Source of the DNA: Deltaproteobacteria bacterium
GTDB taxonomy: Bacteria > Myxococcota_A > UBA9160 > UBA4427
NCBI GenBank assembly: GCA_029261835.1
Contig: JAJDAO010000030.1
Coordinates: forward strand, 21,308 to 85,307
DNA: 64,000 nucleotides
Direction: 5' to 3'
The position numbers and the translations under genes are program-made. The notes beneath the pieces were generated by a model. It searched no databases, was not told where the DNA came from, and was given only the letters and a program-made list of their open reading frames with translations. Of the stretch, positions 38,348-48,439 are shown piece after piece. The first letter of the stretch is position 1, and the number at the start of each line of letters is the position of its first letter.

Positions 38348-39256
38348 CTATCGGCTCTCCCGGCGATAGGCCTTGCCGAGGTCGGCCGGGGCCGAGCTAC
38401 GGCCAGAGGCCAGGGCGAGCACCAGGAGCGTCAGGACGTACGGCAGCATCAGCGTGAGCTGATACGGCAGATCGGTCCCGCGCGCCTGCAAGCGGTGCTG
38501 CAGAGCACTCGCCGCGCCGAAGAAGAGCGCCGCCAGCACGATGCCACCCGGCCGCCAGCGACCGAAGATCACGATCGTCAGCGCGATGAAGCCCCGGCCG
38601 GCCGTCATGCCCTCCGTGAAGGTGTTGGACTGCGCCAGGGAGAGGGCCGACCCCGCCAGTCCGGCGAGGAGCGAGCCAAGCAACACGGCGGCAAAGCGGG
38701 TGCGCGAAACACCCACGCCCTCTGCATCCGCCGCCCGCGCGCACTCTCCGACCGCACGCAGCCGGAGTCCCGGCCGAGAGCGAGCCAGCGCGAAGGCGAG
38801 CAACGGCGTGATGAGCAAGCAGAGATAGACGTACGGTGTCTGCCGGAACAACGCCCCTCCGATCACGGGCAGCTCGGACAGGAGCGGCACGGCCACCGTC
38901 CCGAAGGTCGGGCTAACCGGGGCCATGCCGGGGTAGAGCGCTCGAACGGCCAGGCCCGTGGCGCCCAGTGCCAGCAGATTGATCGCGGTTCCGACTACGA
39001 TCTGATCCGCCCGTCGAACCACCACGAAGTACGCAAAGAGGACGCCCACGCAAGCGGCGGCGGCACCGCCACCGGCAGCCCCGAGCCACACGGAGCCACT
39101 CGCGACCGCGATCGCGAAGCCACCGAAGGCTCCGCAGAGCATCAGTCCCTCCGTCCCGATGTTGATGATGCCCGAGCGTTCGATGATCAGCTCGCCGAGT
39201 GCTGCCAACAGCAACGGAACAGCAAGACGAACGGCCGCCTCGAGCAGCGCCTCCAT
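38348..39256 (-). CDS. ABC transporter permease (BMP/nucleoside-type, second permease)
   Basis: 302 aa and polytopic, with LGELIIERSGIINIGTEGLML. Its start overlaps the upstream permease stop (TGATG). Confidence 0.88.
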   Translation of the reverse strand: MEALLEAAVRLAVPLLLAALGELIIERSGIINIGTEGLMLCGAFGGFAIAVASGSVWLGAAGGGAAAACVGVLFAYFVVVRRADQIVVGTAINLLALGATGLAVRALYPGMAPVSPTFGTVAVPLLSELPVIGGALFRQTPYVYLCLLITPLLAFALARSRPGLRLRAVGECARAADAEGVGVSRTRFAAVLLGSLLAGLAGSALSLAQSNTFTEGMTAGRGFIALTIVIFGRWRPGGIVLAALFFGAASALQHRLQARGTDLPYQLTLMLPYVLTLLVLALASGRSSAPADLGKAYRRESR

Positions 39257-40374
39257 CAGAGCACCTCACCGTCGGCCTGCGGCCCGCTCAGGCTAGTCGG
39301 CGCACGCGCGACCGGGCCCACTCGCCGCACGCCCCCGACGCCTGCGGCAAAACCGATCGAGAGCAAGATGACGATGCCCTTGACGAGATCGGTCGCCACG
39401 GCGGGCACGCCCGCCTCACGCTGCATGGCGCCGCCACCGGCCTCGAGTACACCGAAGAAGAATGCCGACGGCACCACGGCGAGCGGGTGTAGGCGCGCGA
39501 GCAGCGCCACCGCAATCGCGGTATAGCCATAACCCGGCGACAGGCTCTCGAAGAGCCGGCCCGTTACACCCGAGACTTCGAAGGCACCGGCCAGACCTGC
39601 AAGCGCACCGGCAAGGCAAATGGTCAGCAGAAGCTGGCGCTCGGGAACGATCCCGGCAAAGCGTGCGGCCACCGGCGAGAGGCCCACCGCCCGCATGCGA
39701 AAGCCAGCCGCCGTGTGAAAGAGCAGGAACGAACCCGCCAGCGCCAGAAGCACCGCGATCGGAATGCCGAGGTGGATGCGAGCGAGTTCGGGCAATCTGG
39801 CCGCCTGCGCCAGTGCGTCGCTCTGTGGATAGGCTCCCGCGCTCTCCTGGAGCGGCCCATGTACCGCAAGCGAGACGAGCTGAATCGCGACGAAGTTGAG
39901 CAGGATGGTCGAGATCACTTCGTTGACGCCGCGCATCACTCTGAGAGCGCCTGCGATGGCGGCCCACAGCGCGCCCCCGAGCGCGCCGGCCAGAATCAGG
40001 CAGGGGAGTACGAGAACGGCCGGTGCCCCGACCAGCCAGCGGGTCGCGACCAGTGTGGCCAGCAGCGCACCCGCGTAGAGCTGGCCCTCGGCCCCGATGT
40101 TCCACACGCCACAGCGGAAGCAGAGCGCGACCGCCAGCCCAGTGAGCAGCAGCGGCCCGGTCTTGAGCAGCGTTGCCGTGAGCGCCGCCGGGCCAATCAG
40201 CGAACCGGCCAGCAACGCGCGAATCGCCTCGACGGGCGAGAACCCCAGGGCCGCGATCACAACACCGGCGATCAGTGAGGCGAATAGCACCGCTCCGGCG
40301 GCGCGCAGCGTGTCGCTGGCGAAGCGCTCAACGACATGCCTTCTCGCCAGTCCGCGCGGCCACCAGCCCGTCAC
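39256..40374 (-). CDS. ABC transporter permease (BMP/nucleoside-type, first permease)
   Basis: Polytopic, with FRCGVWNIGAEGQLYAG. The start is set at GTG 40374, which overlaps the ATPase stop (GTGA). The track ORF extended to 40815 would read through the ATPase gene. Confidence 0.85.
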   Translation of the reverse strand: MTGWWPRGLARRHVVERFASDTLRAAGAVLFASLIAGVVIAALGFSPVEAIRALLAGSLIGPAALTATLLKTGPLLLTGLAVALCFRCGVWNIGAEGQLYAGALLATLVATRWLVGAPAVLVLPCLILAGALGGALWAAIAGALRVMRGVNEVISTILLNFVAIQLVSLAVHGPLQESAGAYPQSDALAQAARLPELARIHLGIPIAVLLALAGSFLLFHTAAGFRMRAVGLSPVAARFAGIVPERQLLLTICLAGALAGLAGAFEVSGVTGRLFESLSPGYGYTAIAVALLARLHPLAVVPSAFFFGVLEAGGGAMQREAGVPAVATDLVKGIVILLSIGFAAGVGGVRRVGPVARAPTSLSGPQADGEVL

Positions 40375-41975
40375 GCGCCCTGCCCTCCGAGCATGATGGC
40401 GCCGATCGCCGCGCGATCCGCGTCCGCGGGGATTGCGTGAACTCTGCCGCGGGAGAGCGCCACACATCGATCCGCGAGCAGCAGCACCTCGTCGAGCTCG
40501 GTCGAGATCAGCAGCACAGCGGCCGCGCGTGCGCGAAGCGCCAGCAGCTGCTCGTGGACGAAGCGCGTCGAGCCGACGTCGAGACCGCGCGTGGGGTTGA
40601 CCGCCACGAGCAGCCTCGGCTCGCCGGAGAGCTCGCGCGCCACGGCGAGCTTCTGAGCATTGCCGCCCGACAAGGTGGCTACGTCGGCCGCGGCGTCGGC
40701 CGGCGTGATGTCGAAGTGCGCGATCGCGACCCGCGTCGCCTCGCTCGCGGTAGCGGCGCGGAGCAGACCGTGGGAAAAGAAGCGCTCGTCGCTGTGACTG
40801 GCCTTGAGGATCCAATTCTCGGTCAGACTGAAGCCGGGAATCAGACCCGCGCGTTCACGGTCGCCCGACAGGTGCGACACGCCCAGACTGCGCAGCGTGC
40901 GAACATGTGGGCGCACCGGCTTGCCGTCGACTTCGAGGCTTCCCGAGTCCATGCGGCGCACGCCCGCAAGCACTTCTTCGAGCTCGCGCTGGCCATTGCC
41001 GTCGATGCCCGCCACGCCGACGATCTCGCCCCGATGAACAGCGAGATCGACATCGTGCAGCCCGCAGCCACCGCCGAGGCCAGCGGCCGACAGGCCGCGC
41101 AGCCGCATGAGCGGCGACGATCGCTCCCCGCCGCTCGCGGACGGGCGCTCTAGCGCCGACAGATCCCGCCCGAGCATCAGGCGCCCGAGCTCGCGCGCGT
41201 CGAGCTCACCCGCCGCCAGCGTGCCGGAGACCGCGCCGCGTCTCAGAACCGTGACACGATCGGCCAAGGCCTCGACCTCGTCCAGCTTGTGCGAAATGAA
41301 GACCACACCGCGGCCACTCGCGCGCAGGCGCCGCAGCGCGGGGAACAGGGCCGCCGTTTCGCCGGGTGTCAGCGCTGCCGTGGGCTCGTCGAGAATCAGC
41401 AATCGCGCACCCCGGTCCAGAGCCCTGAGGATCTCCGCGCGCTGCCGCTGTCCCACCGACAGGTCTTCCACGCGGGCGCCCGGCGGCACATCGAGCTGAT
41501 AGCGCTGCGAGAGCTCTGCCAACCGTGAGGCCGCGCGCCTGCGATCGAAGAGAAGCCCGCCGCTTGGATCAGCGAAACAGAGGTTCTCCTCTACGCTCAT
41601 GGCGGGCACCAGCGTGGAGTGCTGATGAACCATCGAGATGCCGGCTCTCGCCGCGGCAGAGGGACCGAAGCGCGCGAGGTCGACAGGACGTCCGGAGATC
41701 TCGATCGCCCCGGCGTTGGCCCGCACGAGCCCGATCAGGATATTCATCAGCGTCGACTTGCCCGCGCCGTTCTCACCGAGCAGCGCGTGGATCTCGCCCG
41801 GCCGCACGTCGAAGTCGACGCGGCGCAGCACGGGCCGCTGCGGCACGAAGGACTTGTCGATTGCGGTCAGCTCGATCAGCGGCAGAGCGGCCCCGGCCCG
41901 TGCAGCGCTCACCCGGAGATCTCCTCGCTCCCGCCGTGAGCCGCAGCGGGCGGCGGCGGGTCTGCGCGCCGGCAT
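40371..41975 (-). CDS. ABC transporter ATP-binding protein with duplicated ATPase domains
   Basis: First Walker A GENGAGKST and signature LSVGQRQR with LILDEPT. The second domain has GIDGNGQ, LSGGNAQK and a Walker B motif. This is typical of sugar/nucleoside CUT2-type importers. Confidence 0.93.
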   Translation of the reverse strand: MPARRPAAARCGSRRERGDLRVSAARAGAALPLIELTAIDKSFVPQRPVLRRVDFDVRPGEIHALLGENGAGKSTLMNILIGLVRANAGAIEISGRPVDLARFGPSAAARAGISMVHQHSTLVPAMSVEENLCFADPSGGLLFDRRRAASRLAELSQRYQLDVPPGARVEDLSVGQRQRAEILRALDRGARLLILDEPTAALTPGETAALFPALRRLRASGRGVVFISHKLDEVEALADRVTVLRRGAVSGTLAAGELDARELGRLMLGRDLSALERPSASGGERSSPLMRLRGLSAAGLGGGCGLHDVDLAVHRGEIVGVAGIDGNGQRELEEVLAGVRRMDSGSLEVDGKPVRPHVRTLRSLGVSHLSGDRERAGLIPGFSLTENWILKASHSDERFFSHGLLRAATASEATRVAIAHFDITPADAAADVATLSGGNAQKLAVARELSGEPRLLVAVNPTRGLDVGSTRFVHEQLLALRARAAAVLLISTELDEVLLLADRCVALSRGRVHAIPADADRAAIGAIMLGGQGA

Positions 41976-42003
41976 CTCGGCGCCCCACCGAGGACGGCGA
42001 CGC

Positions 42004-43020
42004 TCAGAAAGCGCCTCGCGGAACCACCAGCTCGCCCTTGCGAATCTGCTCGCCCAGCCGGACCAACTCCTCGGCGACCTCGCTCGGGATTCGCCCCTGC
42101 AGGCGCTCGTTCATCTCGAGCCTCACGATATCGCTCGCCATCCCCAATCGCAGCGGCCTGGCCTCGAAGCGCCCCTGCTTGACCCGGCGCGCCACCTCGA
42201 CGAAGGCAGCGGGAATGTTCAGAGTCGCCGAGGCGATCACAGCCTCGGGCGCCATGTCGTTCTGGTTCCGGTTGGTGCCGAACGCGTAGACGCGTTCTCC
42301 CTTCTCGACGCGCTCGGCGACCGCCTGAAAGACGCCCCGCCCGGCCTCGTTGGCCTGGTGGAGCACGAAATCGACATCTTCTTCCAAGAGTGCCAGGGCC
42401 GCTTCCCGGGCGGCGGCGGTGTCGTCGAAGTTCCCGATGAAGACTTCGCGAACCTCGACGCCAGCACGCGCCGCCTGCGCGCCGCCCTTGAACGCGAGGA
42501 ACGTGCTGCGAATCGAGGGCAGATCGATGCCGCCGATCAATCCGAGCCTTCCGCTGCGGCTCATGCGAGCCGCCAGCACGCCGCACAGGTAGGTCGCCTG
42601 CTCCAGCTCGAAGACCATCGGCACGACATTGGCCCGCACCGTGTTTCCCGACGTCGTCACGAAGACACTCGAGGGAAACTCGGCTCCGACGCGGGCGGCG
42701 GCATCCTGATACTCGAAGCCATGACCGAAAATCAAGTCGTAGCCCCGGCTGGCGTAGTCCCGGAAGCTCTCCTCGAATTCCGCGGGCGTGCGCGTCTCAA
42801 CGTGCGAGACCCGTGCCCCGAGCTCATCGCGAATCCTCAGAAGCCCGCTGTAGGCGCCGGCATTCCAGCCGCCATCGGCGATCGAGCCCGGGGTCAGCAG
42901 CGCGACGCGAAAGCCCGACTCCTCGCCCGATCCCCCACCACAGCCCGCACTCACACTCACAACAAGGAGCACGAGCGGTAGCATGAGCGAGAAGAGCGAC
43001 GAGGTGCGGCTGCCGAGCAT
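42004..43020 (-). CDS. BMP-family (Med/PnrA-like) ABC transporter substrate-binding lipoprotein
   Basis: Lipoprotein signal LLVVSVSAGCGG, then FRVALLTPGSIADGGWNAGAYSGL and GHGFEY, typical of the basic membrane protein family. Confidence 0.88.
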   Translation of the reverse strand: MLGSRTSSLFSLMLPLVLLVVSVSAGCGGGSGEESGFRVALLTPGSIADGGWNAGAYSGLLRIRDELGARVSHVETRTPAEFEESFRDYASRGYDLIFGHGFEYQDAAARVGAEFPSSVFVTTSGNTVRANVVPMVFELEQATYLCGVLAARMSRSGRLGLIGGIDLPSIRSTFLAFKGGAQAARAGVEVREVFIGNFDDTAAAREAALALLEEDVDFVLHQANEAGRGVFQAVAERVEKGERVYAFGTNRNQNDMAPEAVIASATLNIPAAFVEVARRVKQGRFEARPLRLGMASDIVRLEMNERLQGRIPSEVAEELVRLGEQIRKGELVVPRGAF

Positions 43021-43583
43021 CGGAAGCCGAGTATCGGAGTCGCCCGACCGGCCGTCAACGTGAGTGGGGTGGGCAGGTGCGAGCGGGCGAATCTACGTCT
43101 GTTGTCTTCTCCCTTGGGCTCGACGCCGCGACCGACCACGTCGAATCCGTCGCGCATGAGCTCGCGAAGCCGCCCTACGACGCATCATCGGGGAATCAGC
43201 CAGCTGGACCGCACGTACCCGATCGAGCACTCGGGGTCCGGCCAATCCGGCTGCCCGAGGCACTCGTCTTTGACGCGCGGCGCGAGCAGGCTGCGCAGTC
43301 GGTGGGCCCGCCGCAATTCTCCCGTCTCAAGATCCGGCGTGACCGCGATAGATTGGACGTCAGATTGGGGCACATTGCCCTCAATGCAAGGGGGGGGACG
43401 CTGTTGAGTGTTCTCATCGACAGGCCGGCTCACAATCGGCAAAAAGACTTGCAAGCTATTGAGAACTAACAGGATCTGGTTCCGATCTGCCTCGGGTACT
43501 GATACGATCTGCATCACGCGAGAATCAAGACTGCTGCTGCTGCAGCCGCGGCCAGCCGACAGGATACCAAGGGGGGGACGGGC

Positions 43584-46307
43584 ATGGGTGAGCGGATACG
43601 ATCGAATCTCTTTGGTCTAGCCGGCGTCGTACTGACTGCGGCGTGGCTCTTCGGCGCACCGGCGTTCGCACAGCAGGAGGCTGCCGCCGATGCGGAAGCG
43701 GAAGAGATGTATGCGGGAATGGAGAAGATCACGATCATCGCCCGCAAGCGCAAGGAGAGCCTGCAGGATGTTCCCATCGCAGTGACGGCGCTCAGCGGAC
43801 AGAGCCTTTCCGCACAGAAGATCGACGACACGCTCGACATTCAGTTCAAGGTCCCGAACCTGAGCTTCGGCAAGACGAACTTCACCGGCTCGAACCTCCG
43901 GATTCGTGGAATCGGGACGGATATTATCGGAGCGAGTGGCGAGCCCGGTGTGGGCGTACACGTGAATACGGTCCCCCTCACATCGAGCCGAATCTTCGAG
44001 CAGGAGTTCTACGATGTGGACTCCGTCGAGGTCCTGCGCGGCCCGCAGGGCACGCTCTTCGGGCGCAACTCGACGGGCGGCTCGTTGAACCTCTCGACCC
44101 GGAAGCCTACCGATGAGTACGAGTCCAGCCTCGAGATGGCGGTCGGTAGGCACAGCTCCGTCAATCTCAACGGCAGCGTCAACATGCCGGTGCATGACCG
44201 CTTCCGCATGCGCTTTGCCGGCATGTTCCACGACCGGGACGGCTATCTGAAGAATCATCACACCGACAACCTGATCGACGATCGACAGCTCTGGAGTCTG
44301 CGCGGCAGCTTCCAGGCCGACGTCACGGAGAACACGACTGCCGACCTGATGGTCTCCTACTTTCGCGAGGACGATGCGCGATCCCGCATCGGAAAGCAGC
44401 TGTGTAAGAAAGACACCAGTGCCGCTCCCTTCAGTCTTGGTTGCACCAATGGAACGCCGGGCTTCGAGTCAACGAACTACCACGGCACCCTGCCCGGCAT
44501 CCTCGAGAGCACGGTGCTCTTCGGCCTCGGAGTCGCAGGGCTGCCGGTGTCACCGGCAGCCCCGGCACCGCTCTACCCCGTGGCATCCGGGTTGGCCTCG
44601 GTCGATGCGAACGCCAACTCGACCAACCCACCGAATCTCCGCGCCCACGACGCACGGATCGACCCTTCCTACAAGGCCGACGAGCTGCTGCTCACACTCG
44701 ACCTGAGGCACGAACTCGAGAATCTCTCGCTCAATTGGGTCTCCGGCTACCAGAACACGACGGTCGACAGCAGGCAGGACTATACCATGGCTCGCCCGTC
44801 GCTGGCTTGGACGCCGACCTCGGTTCAAGCGCTCGCCGACACGTTCGGCATTCCGGCGATCGGCAACGACGGATCGGGCAACGCCACGCATCTCTGTCTC
44901 GGTGAGTTCGGCTGCAACGATCGAGGCTTCTCCCAGGACAGATCGAAGCTCGACCATACGCTGATCTCCACCGAGCTTCGCGTAGTTTCAGACTACGACG
45001 GGCCCCTCAACTTCACCGGGGGTGCGGTCTACTCGTACAATTCGTCGGCGACCGACTACATCGTCTTCTTCTCCGGCGCCGAGGTCGTTGCCCGGGTCTA
45101 CGCGGCAAACGATGCGGCGGCTCTCAGCAGCACCTATGACCTGGATCTACGCTTCTTCAACAACGAGACCAAGCCGGCGATCACGAACTCCTTCGGGCTC
45201 TTCGGGGAGGGCTACTACGATCTCACCGACGACACGAAGTTGACTCTGGGTGTCAGGTACACCTACGATCGCAAGAGCGCCCGGGCGCGTCAGAACATGC
45301 TCAACTCGCCGAGGGTCCTCGGTGGAACGGGCCAGAAGGATCCGTACATCAAGTTCAACAAGGATTGGCACGCCGGAACGGGGCGAATCTCGGTCGACCA
45401 CAGCTTCGACTTCGACTTCATGGACCAGTCGCTGGTCTACGGCTCGATCTCGCGTGGCTACAAGCCGGGCGGCTTCAACCCGCCCGCAGCGGCGGCGAGT
45501 TCCTCCGCCGTGAACGAGACCTTCGATCAGGAGACCATCTGGGCCTACGAGGTTGGCACGAAGAACCGCTACTGCGAGAACAGGCTCCAGACGAACGTCA
45601 GCGCTTTCTTCTATGACTATCGCGACTACCAGATCTCCAAGATCGTCGCCCGGACTTCGGTCAACGAGAACATCGACGCCTATCTCTGGGGCCTAGAAGC
45701 CGAGTTCGTGGCCATGCCGGTCGACGACGTGCAGCTCGACCTCAGTATCGCCTACCTCGGAAGTCGCATCCGGAACAGCACATCAATCGACCCGGTGGAC
45801 CCGACCGCCGGTGACCCGAGCTGGACCGCTGTCAAGAACGTGACCGATAGTACGAGCGTGATCGGTTCGAATCAGATCACGAGTAATGCGGCGGCCCCAA
45901 CGAACACGACGCTGTGGCATCCCGCTGGGGGCATTGCCAAGAATCTCGATGGCCGCGAGATGCCCAATACGCCGGACATCCAGATCAACATCGGGGGCCA
46001 GTACACCTGGGATACCCCCTGGCACGCCCCGCTGACGGGCCGCATCAACTACTACTGGCAGAGCGAGATGTTCGGTCGCATGTTCAACGAGGCGCGCGAT
46101 CGGATCGACACCTGGTCACAAGCCGACGCGATCCTGCACTACGAAGACGAGAATGAGAGCTTCTACGTGGATGTCTGGGTCAAGAACTTCACCGACAACG
46201 ACGACATCACGACCCACTACTTGACGGATGCGAGTTCGGGCAACTTCACGAACGTCTTCATTCTCGAGCCACGCACCTTCGGCATCACGGTGGGGACGAG
46301 CTTCTAG
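43584..46307 (+). CDS. TonB-dependent outer-membrane receptor
   Basis: 907 aa. It has a signal peptide ending AFAQQ, a plug domain (ESLQDVPIAVTALSG, VEVLRGPQGTLFGRNSTGG), a long beta-barrel, and a C-terminal aromatic residue (GITVGTSF). Confidence 0.9.
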   Translation: MGERIRSNLFGLAGVVLTAAWLFGAPAFAQQEAAADAEAEEMYAGMEKITIIARKRKESLQDVPIAVTALSGQSLSAQKIDDTLDIQFKVPNLSFGKTNFTGSNLRIRGIGTDIIGASGEPGVGVHVNTVPLTSSRIFEQEFYDVDSVEVLRGPQGTLFGRNSTGGSLNLSTRKPTDEYESSLEMAVGRHSSVNLNGSVNMPVHDRFRMRFAGMFHDRDGYLKNHHTDNLIDDRQLWSLRGSFQADVTENTTADLMVSYFREDDARSRIGKQLCKKDTSAAPFSLGCTNGTPGFESTNYHGTLPGILESTVLFGLGVAGLPVSPAAPAPLYPVASGLASVDANANSTNPPNLRAHDARIDPSYKADELLLTLDLRHELENLSLNWVSGYQNTTVDSRQDYTMARPSLAWTPTSVQALADTFGIPAIGNDGSGNATHLCLGEFGCNDRGFSQDRSKLDHTLISTELRVVSDYDGPLNFTGGAVYSYNSSATDYIVFFSGAEVVARVYAANDAAALSSTYDLDLRFFNNETKPAITNSFGLFGEGYYDLTDDTKLTLGVRYTYDRKSARARQNMLNSPRVLGGTGQKDPYIKFNKDWHAGTGRISVDHSFDFDFMDQSLVYGSISRGYKPGGFNPPAAAASSSAVNETFDQETIWAYEVGTKNRYCENRLQTNVSAFFYDYRDYQISKIVARTSVNENIDAYLWGLEAEFVAMPVDDVQLDLSIAYLGSRIRNSTSIDPVDPTAGDPSWTAVKNVTDSTSVIGSNQITSNAAAPTNTTLWHPAGGIAKNLDGREMPNTPDIQINIGGQYTWDTPWHAPLTGRINYYWQSEMFGRMFNEARDRIDTWSQADAILHYEDENESFYVDVWVKNFTDNDDITTHYLTDASSGNFTNVFILEPRTFGITVGTSF

Positions 46308-46349
46308 CTCGGGCGTGACCCTGGGCTCGGAGTTCTGAGCAGCAACCCG

Positions 46350-47105
46350 CTACTCGTTGGCGGCGAAGCGGTGTGTCGCGTCGAGCGGCCGCCGCGGGCG
46401 CACGGTGTACTCCACGGTGTCGCTGAAGACCTTGAGGGGCACCCAGCTCGGGAGCTCGGACATGCGAGGCATGCCGGTGGTCATCGCTCCAGTGGGATCG
46501 ATCACCCAAGGGTCGTAGCGGTCCTCGAACCAGAGCGTCACCATGTGGTGCTGACCGTCCGAGGGCCGGTAGACGATGGCGCGATAGACCTCGTGCGAGT
46601 CGAAGCCGAGATCGCGCAGCGCGTGGAATGTCAGCAGCTCCAGCCCGTCGCAGTCGTCGCCGTCTCCGCGAAGCGTCTCCTCGAGCGTGGCCCAGTGGTC
46701 GATGGGCCCATCGGCGATGTAGTGACGCTTGGCCTCGGACTGGATCCACTCGGCCAGCTCGCGAGCCACGCTCCGCTTGCGATCCGCGCGGAAGCCGAAG
46801 TACTTCGAGCGTAGATCCCGAGGGGACTCACTCGACGCCGTTTCGGGCGAGGTCGCGTCGGCCATGCGCTGGCCGGGTCCCGCCACCGCCGGCGTCTCCA
46901 CCTTGAGCGCTCCGTCGTCGGCCCGCTCGCGACGCTGCCAGCCGGCGATCTTCTGGCTCCAGGCATCGTCGGCGCGAGCGCGGGTGAAATAGGCGTAGCT
47001 CGTGGGCTCGCCGCGCAGCGCCGCGCAGCCGAGCGCGAGCCCGAGGGCGAAGGCGAGCAGCGGCAGAGCGACGGCCGCGCCAACTGTGGCGATTCTCGTC
47101 CGCAT
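46350..47105 (-). CDS. lipoprotein with transglutaminase-like cysteine peptidase fold (BTLCP-like)
   Basis: Lipobox LALGC. The candidate Cys-His-Asp triad lies in GDDCDGLELLTFHAL, GQHHMVTLWF and VIDPTG. The assignment is tentative. Confidence 0.5.
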   Translation of the reverse strand: MRTRIATVGAAVALPLLAFALGLALGCAALRGEPTSYAYFTRARADDAWSQKIAGWQRRERADDGALKVETPAVAGPGQRMADATSPETASSESPRDLRSKYFGFRADRKRSVARELAEWIQSEAKRHYIADGPIDHWATLEETLRGDGDDCDGLELLTFHALRDLGFDSHEVYRAIVYRPSDGQHHMVTLWFEDRYDPWVIDPTGAMTTGMPRMSELPSWVPLKVFSDTVEYTVRPRRPLDATHRFAANE

Positions 47106-47267
47106 GACAGGGAATCCATCGGCGAACGAGAGCGGTCGATTGAGCCTAAGTATGCGATAAAGAAGGAACTAATACCGGCAAGAACGAGATTCCCTCGGCA
47201 CTGTAGGCAAATAGGGACAGGTCTGCCTATGCGGGGATATCGCCGAAAACGGGGGGTGGCTGCTCGA

Positions 47268-47453
47268 TCAGCCGTGGAGCATCAGGTTGGTCGAATCGCA
47301 TGATCCGACCAGTCCGAACAGCACCAGCCAGAAGAGGATCATCGCCGGGATGCCGCCCAGGACATAGAGCCACGAGACTAGATCACCGTTGACCTTGGGC
47401 CCATTCTGAGACTCCTCGGGTGCTTGCTCCGGCTCTTGGCCCTCGGGTGTCAT
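47268..47453 (-). CDS. small membrane protein, hypothetical
   Basis: 61 aa with an acidic N-terminus and one clear TM helix (WLYVLGGIPAMILFWLVLFGLV). It is preceded by a long purine-rich leader that includes GGAGAGGG close to the ATG. Confidence 0.4.
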   Translation of the reverse strand: MTPEGQEPEQAPEESQNGPKVNGDLVSWLYVLGGIPAMILFWLVLFGLVGSCDSTNLMLHG

Positions 47454-47605
47454 CGCCCTCTCCTCTTCTCTTTCTCTCGCTTTCTCTCTCTCATCTTCCC
47501 GCTTCTACAGCTTCAGCTTGGAAGCCCGAGCCGCGGAGCGGCGGCATTCTAGCCGCAGACGATCTGGCTGCCAATTCGCACGGCTGCCTTGCGGCGGAGC
47601 GAATC

Positions 47606-48163
47606 TCACTGGGCGGAGGGCGTGCGCCAGGATTCGGGCACACGCGCCAGATCGGCCTCGATTCTGAGGTCGCGCAGCTCTCGCTCGGCCTCACTCAGCC
47701 GCTCTCGGCCGCGACGGATCTCCTCGCGCAGCTTGAAGCTGAGCGGGGAGACCTGAGTCTGGTTGCTGCCGGGCGGGGCCACCTGCCACTGCCCGCCCCC
47801 ACTGCCGTCGGCGATCGCATCCAGCTCACTCTTGGCCCGCTCCAACTCCTGGTGCGCCGTCTCGACCTCCAGGCGGCTCTGCTCGAAGCGGCTGCGCCAC
47901 TCGTCGGCCGTCGCCCCGGCGCGCCGTTCGCCCTCGAACTTCATGCTGCTCGGCAGCTTCAAGAGGCGGTCGAGCCCTACCTCGGCGCCCGCGCCCGAGT
48001 GCCGCGGCTCCGGCTCGACCGGCTTGGTCAGCTCAGGCAGCGGGTCGGCGGATCCGGTGCGGGCGATCGGCGCGTCCGAATCCGCTCGCACGAGGCCGGA
48101 AGCCGCGACCAGCAAGGCGAGCGCGCAGATCGGCAGGGTCGCGCGACAGGCGGGTGTCCCCAT
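47606..48163 (-). CDS. secreted coiled-coil protein, hypothetical
   Basis: The start is trimmed to ATG 48163, giving the signal peptide MGTPACRATLPICALALLVAASGLVRA. Heptad-like helical segments follow (EWRSRFEQSRLEVETAHQELERAKSELD; RGRERLSEAERELRDLRIE). Confidence 0.5.
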   Translation of the reverse strand: MGTPACRATLPICALALLVAASGLVRADSDAPIARTGSADPLPELTKPVEPEPRHSGAGAEVGLDRLLKLPSSMKFEGERRAGATADEWRSRFEQSRLEVETAHQELERAKSELDAIADGSGGGQWQVAPPGSNQTQVSPLSFKLREEIRRGRERLSEAERELRDLRIEADLARVPESWRTPSAQ

Positions 48164-48439
48164 CCACAGCCGCCCCCTCGAGGGTCGGCCGATGTCAGCC
48201 GGGCCCGACTCCCCACACCCCTGTGCCATTTCCGCCCCCGGCCTGCTCTCGATCCCGCTCACCGCAGTCACCCACTCGACGGCCAAGACCGCACGGCGCG
48301 AATCATAGCGGAGGAATTCCAGCCAACTCCAAATCCGTCCGCACTGTTGTGGATTCGGAGTAATCAGGGTTCAAGAGGACGCGGGAACCGCCGATAAACA
48401 TCCCGATATCCTCGCCTGGGTACCCGCAACCCGGTCCTC

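Noticed and set aside
38225-39526. 433-aa plus-strand ORF opposite the ABC permeases.
   Set aside because: It is an extremely Arg/Glu/Gly-rich, non-membrane sequence lying antisense to two permease genes with clear transmembrane patterns.
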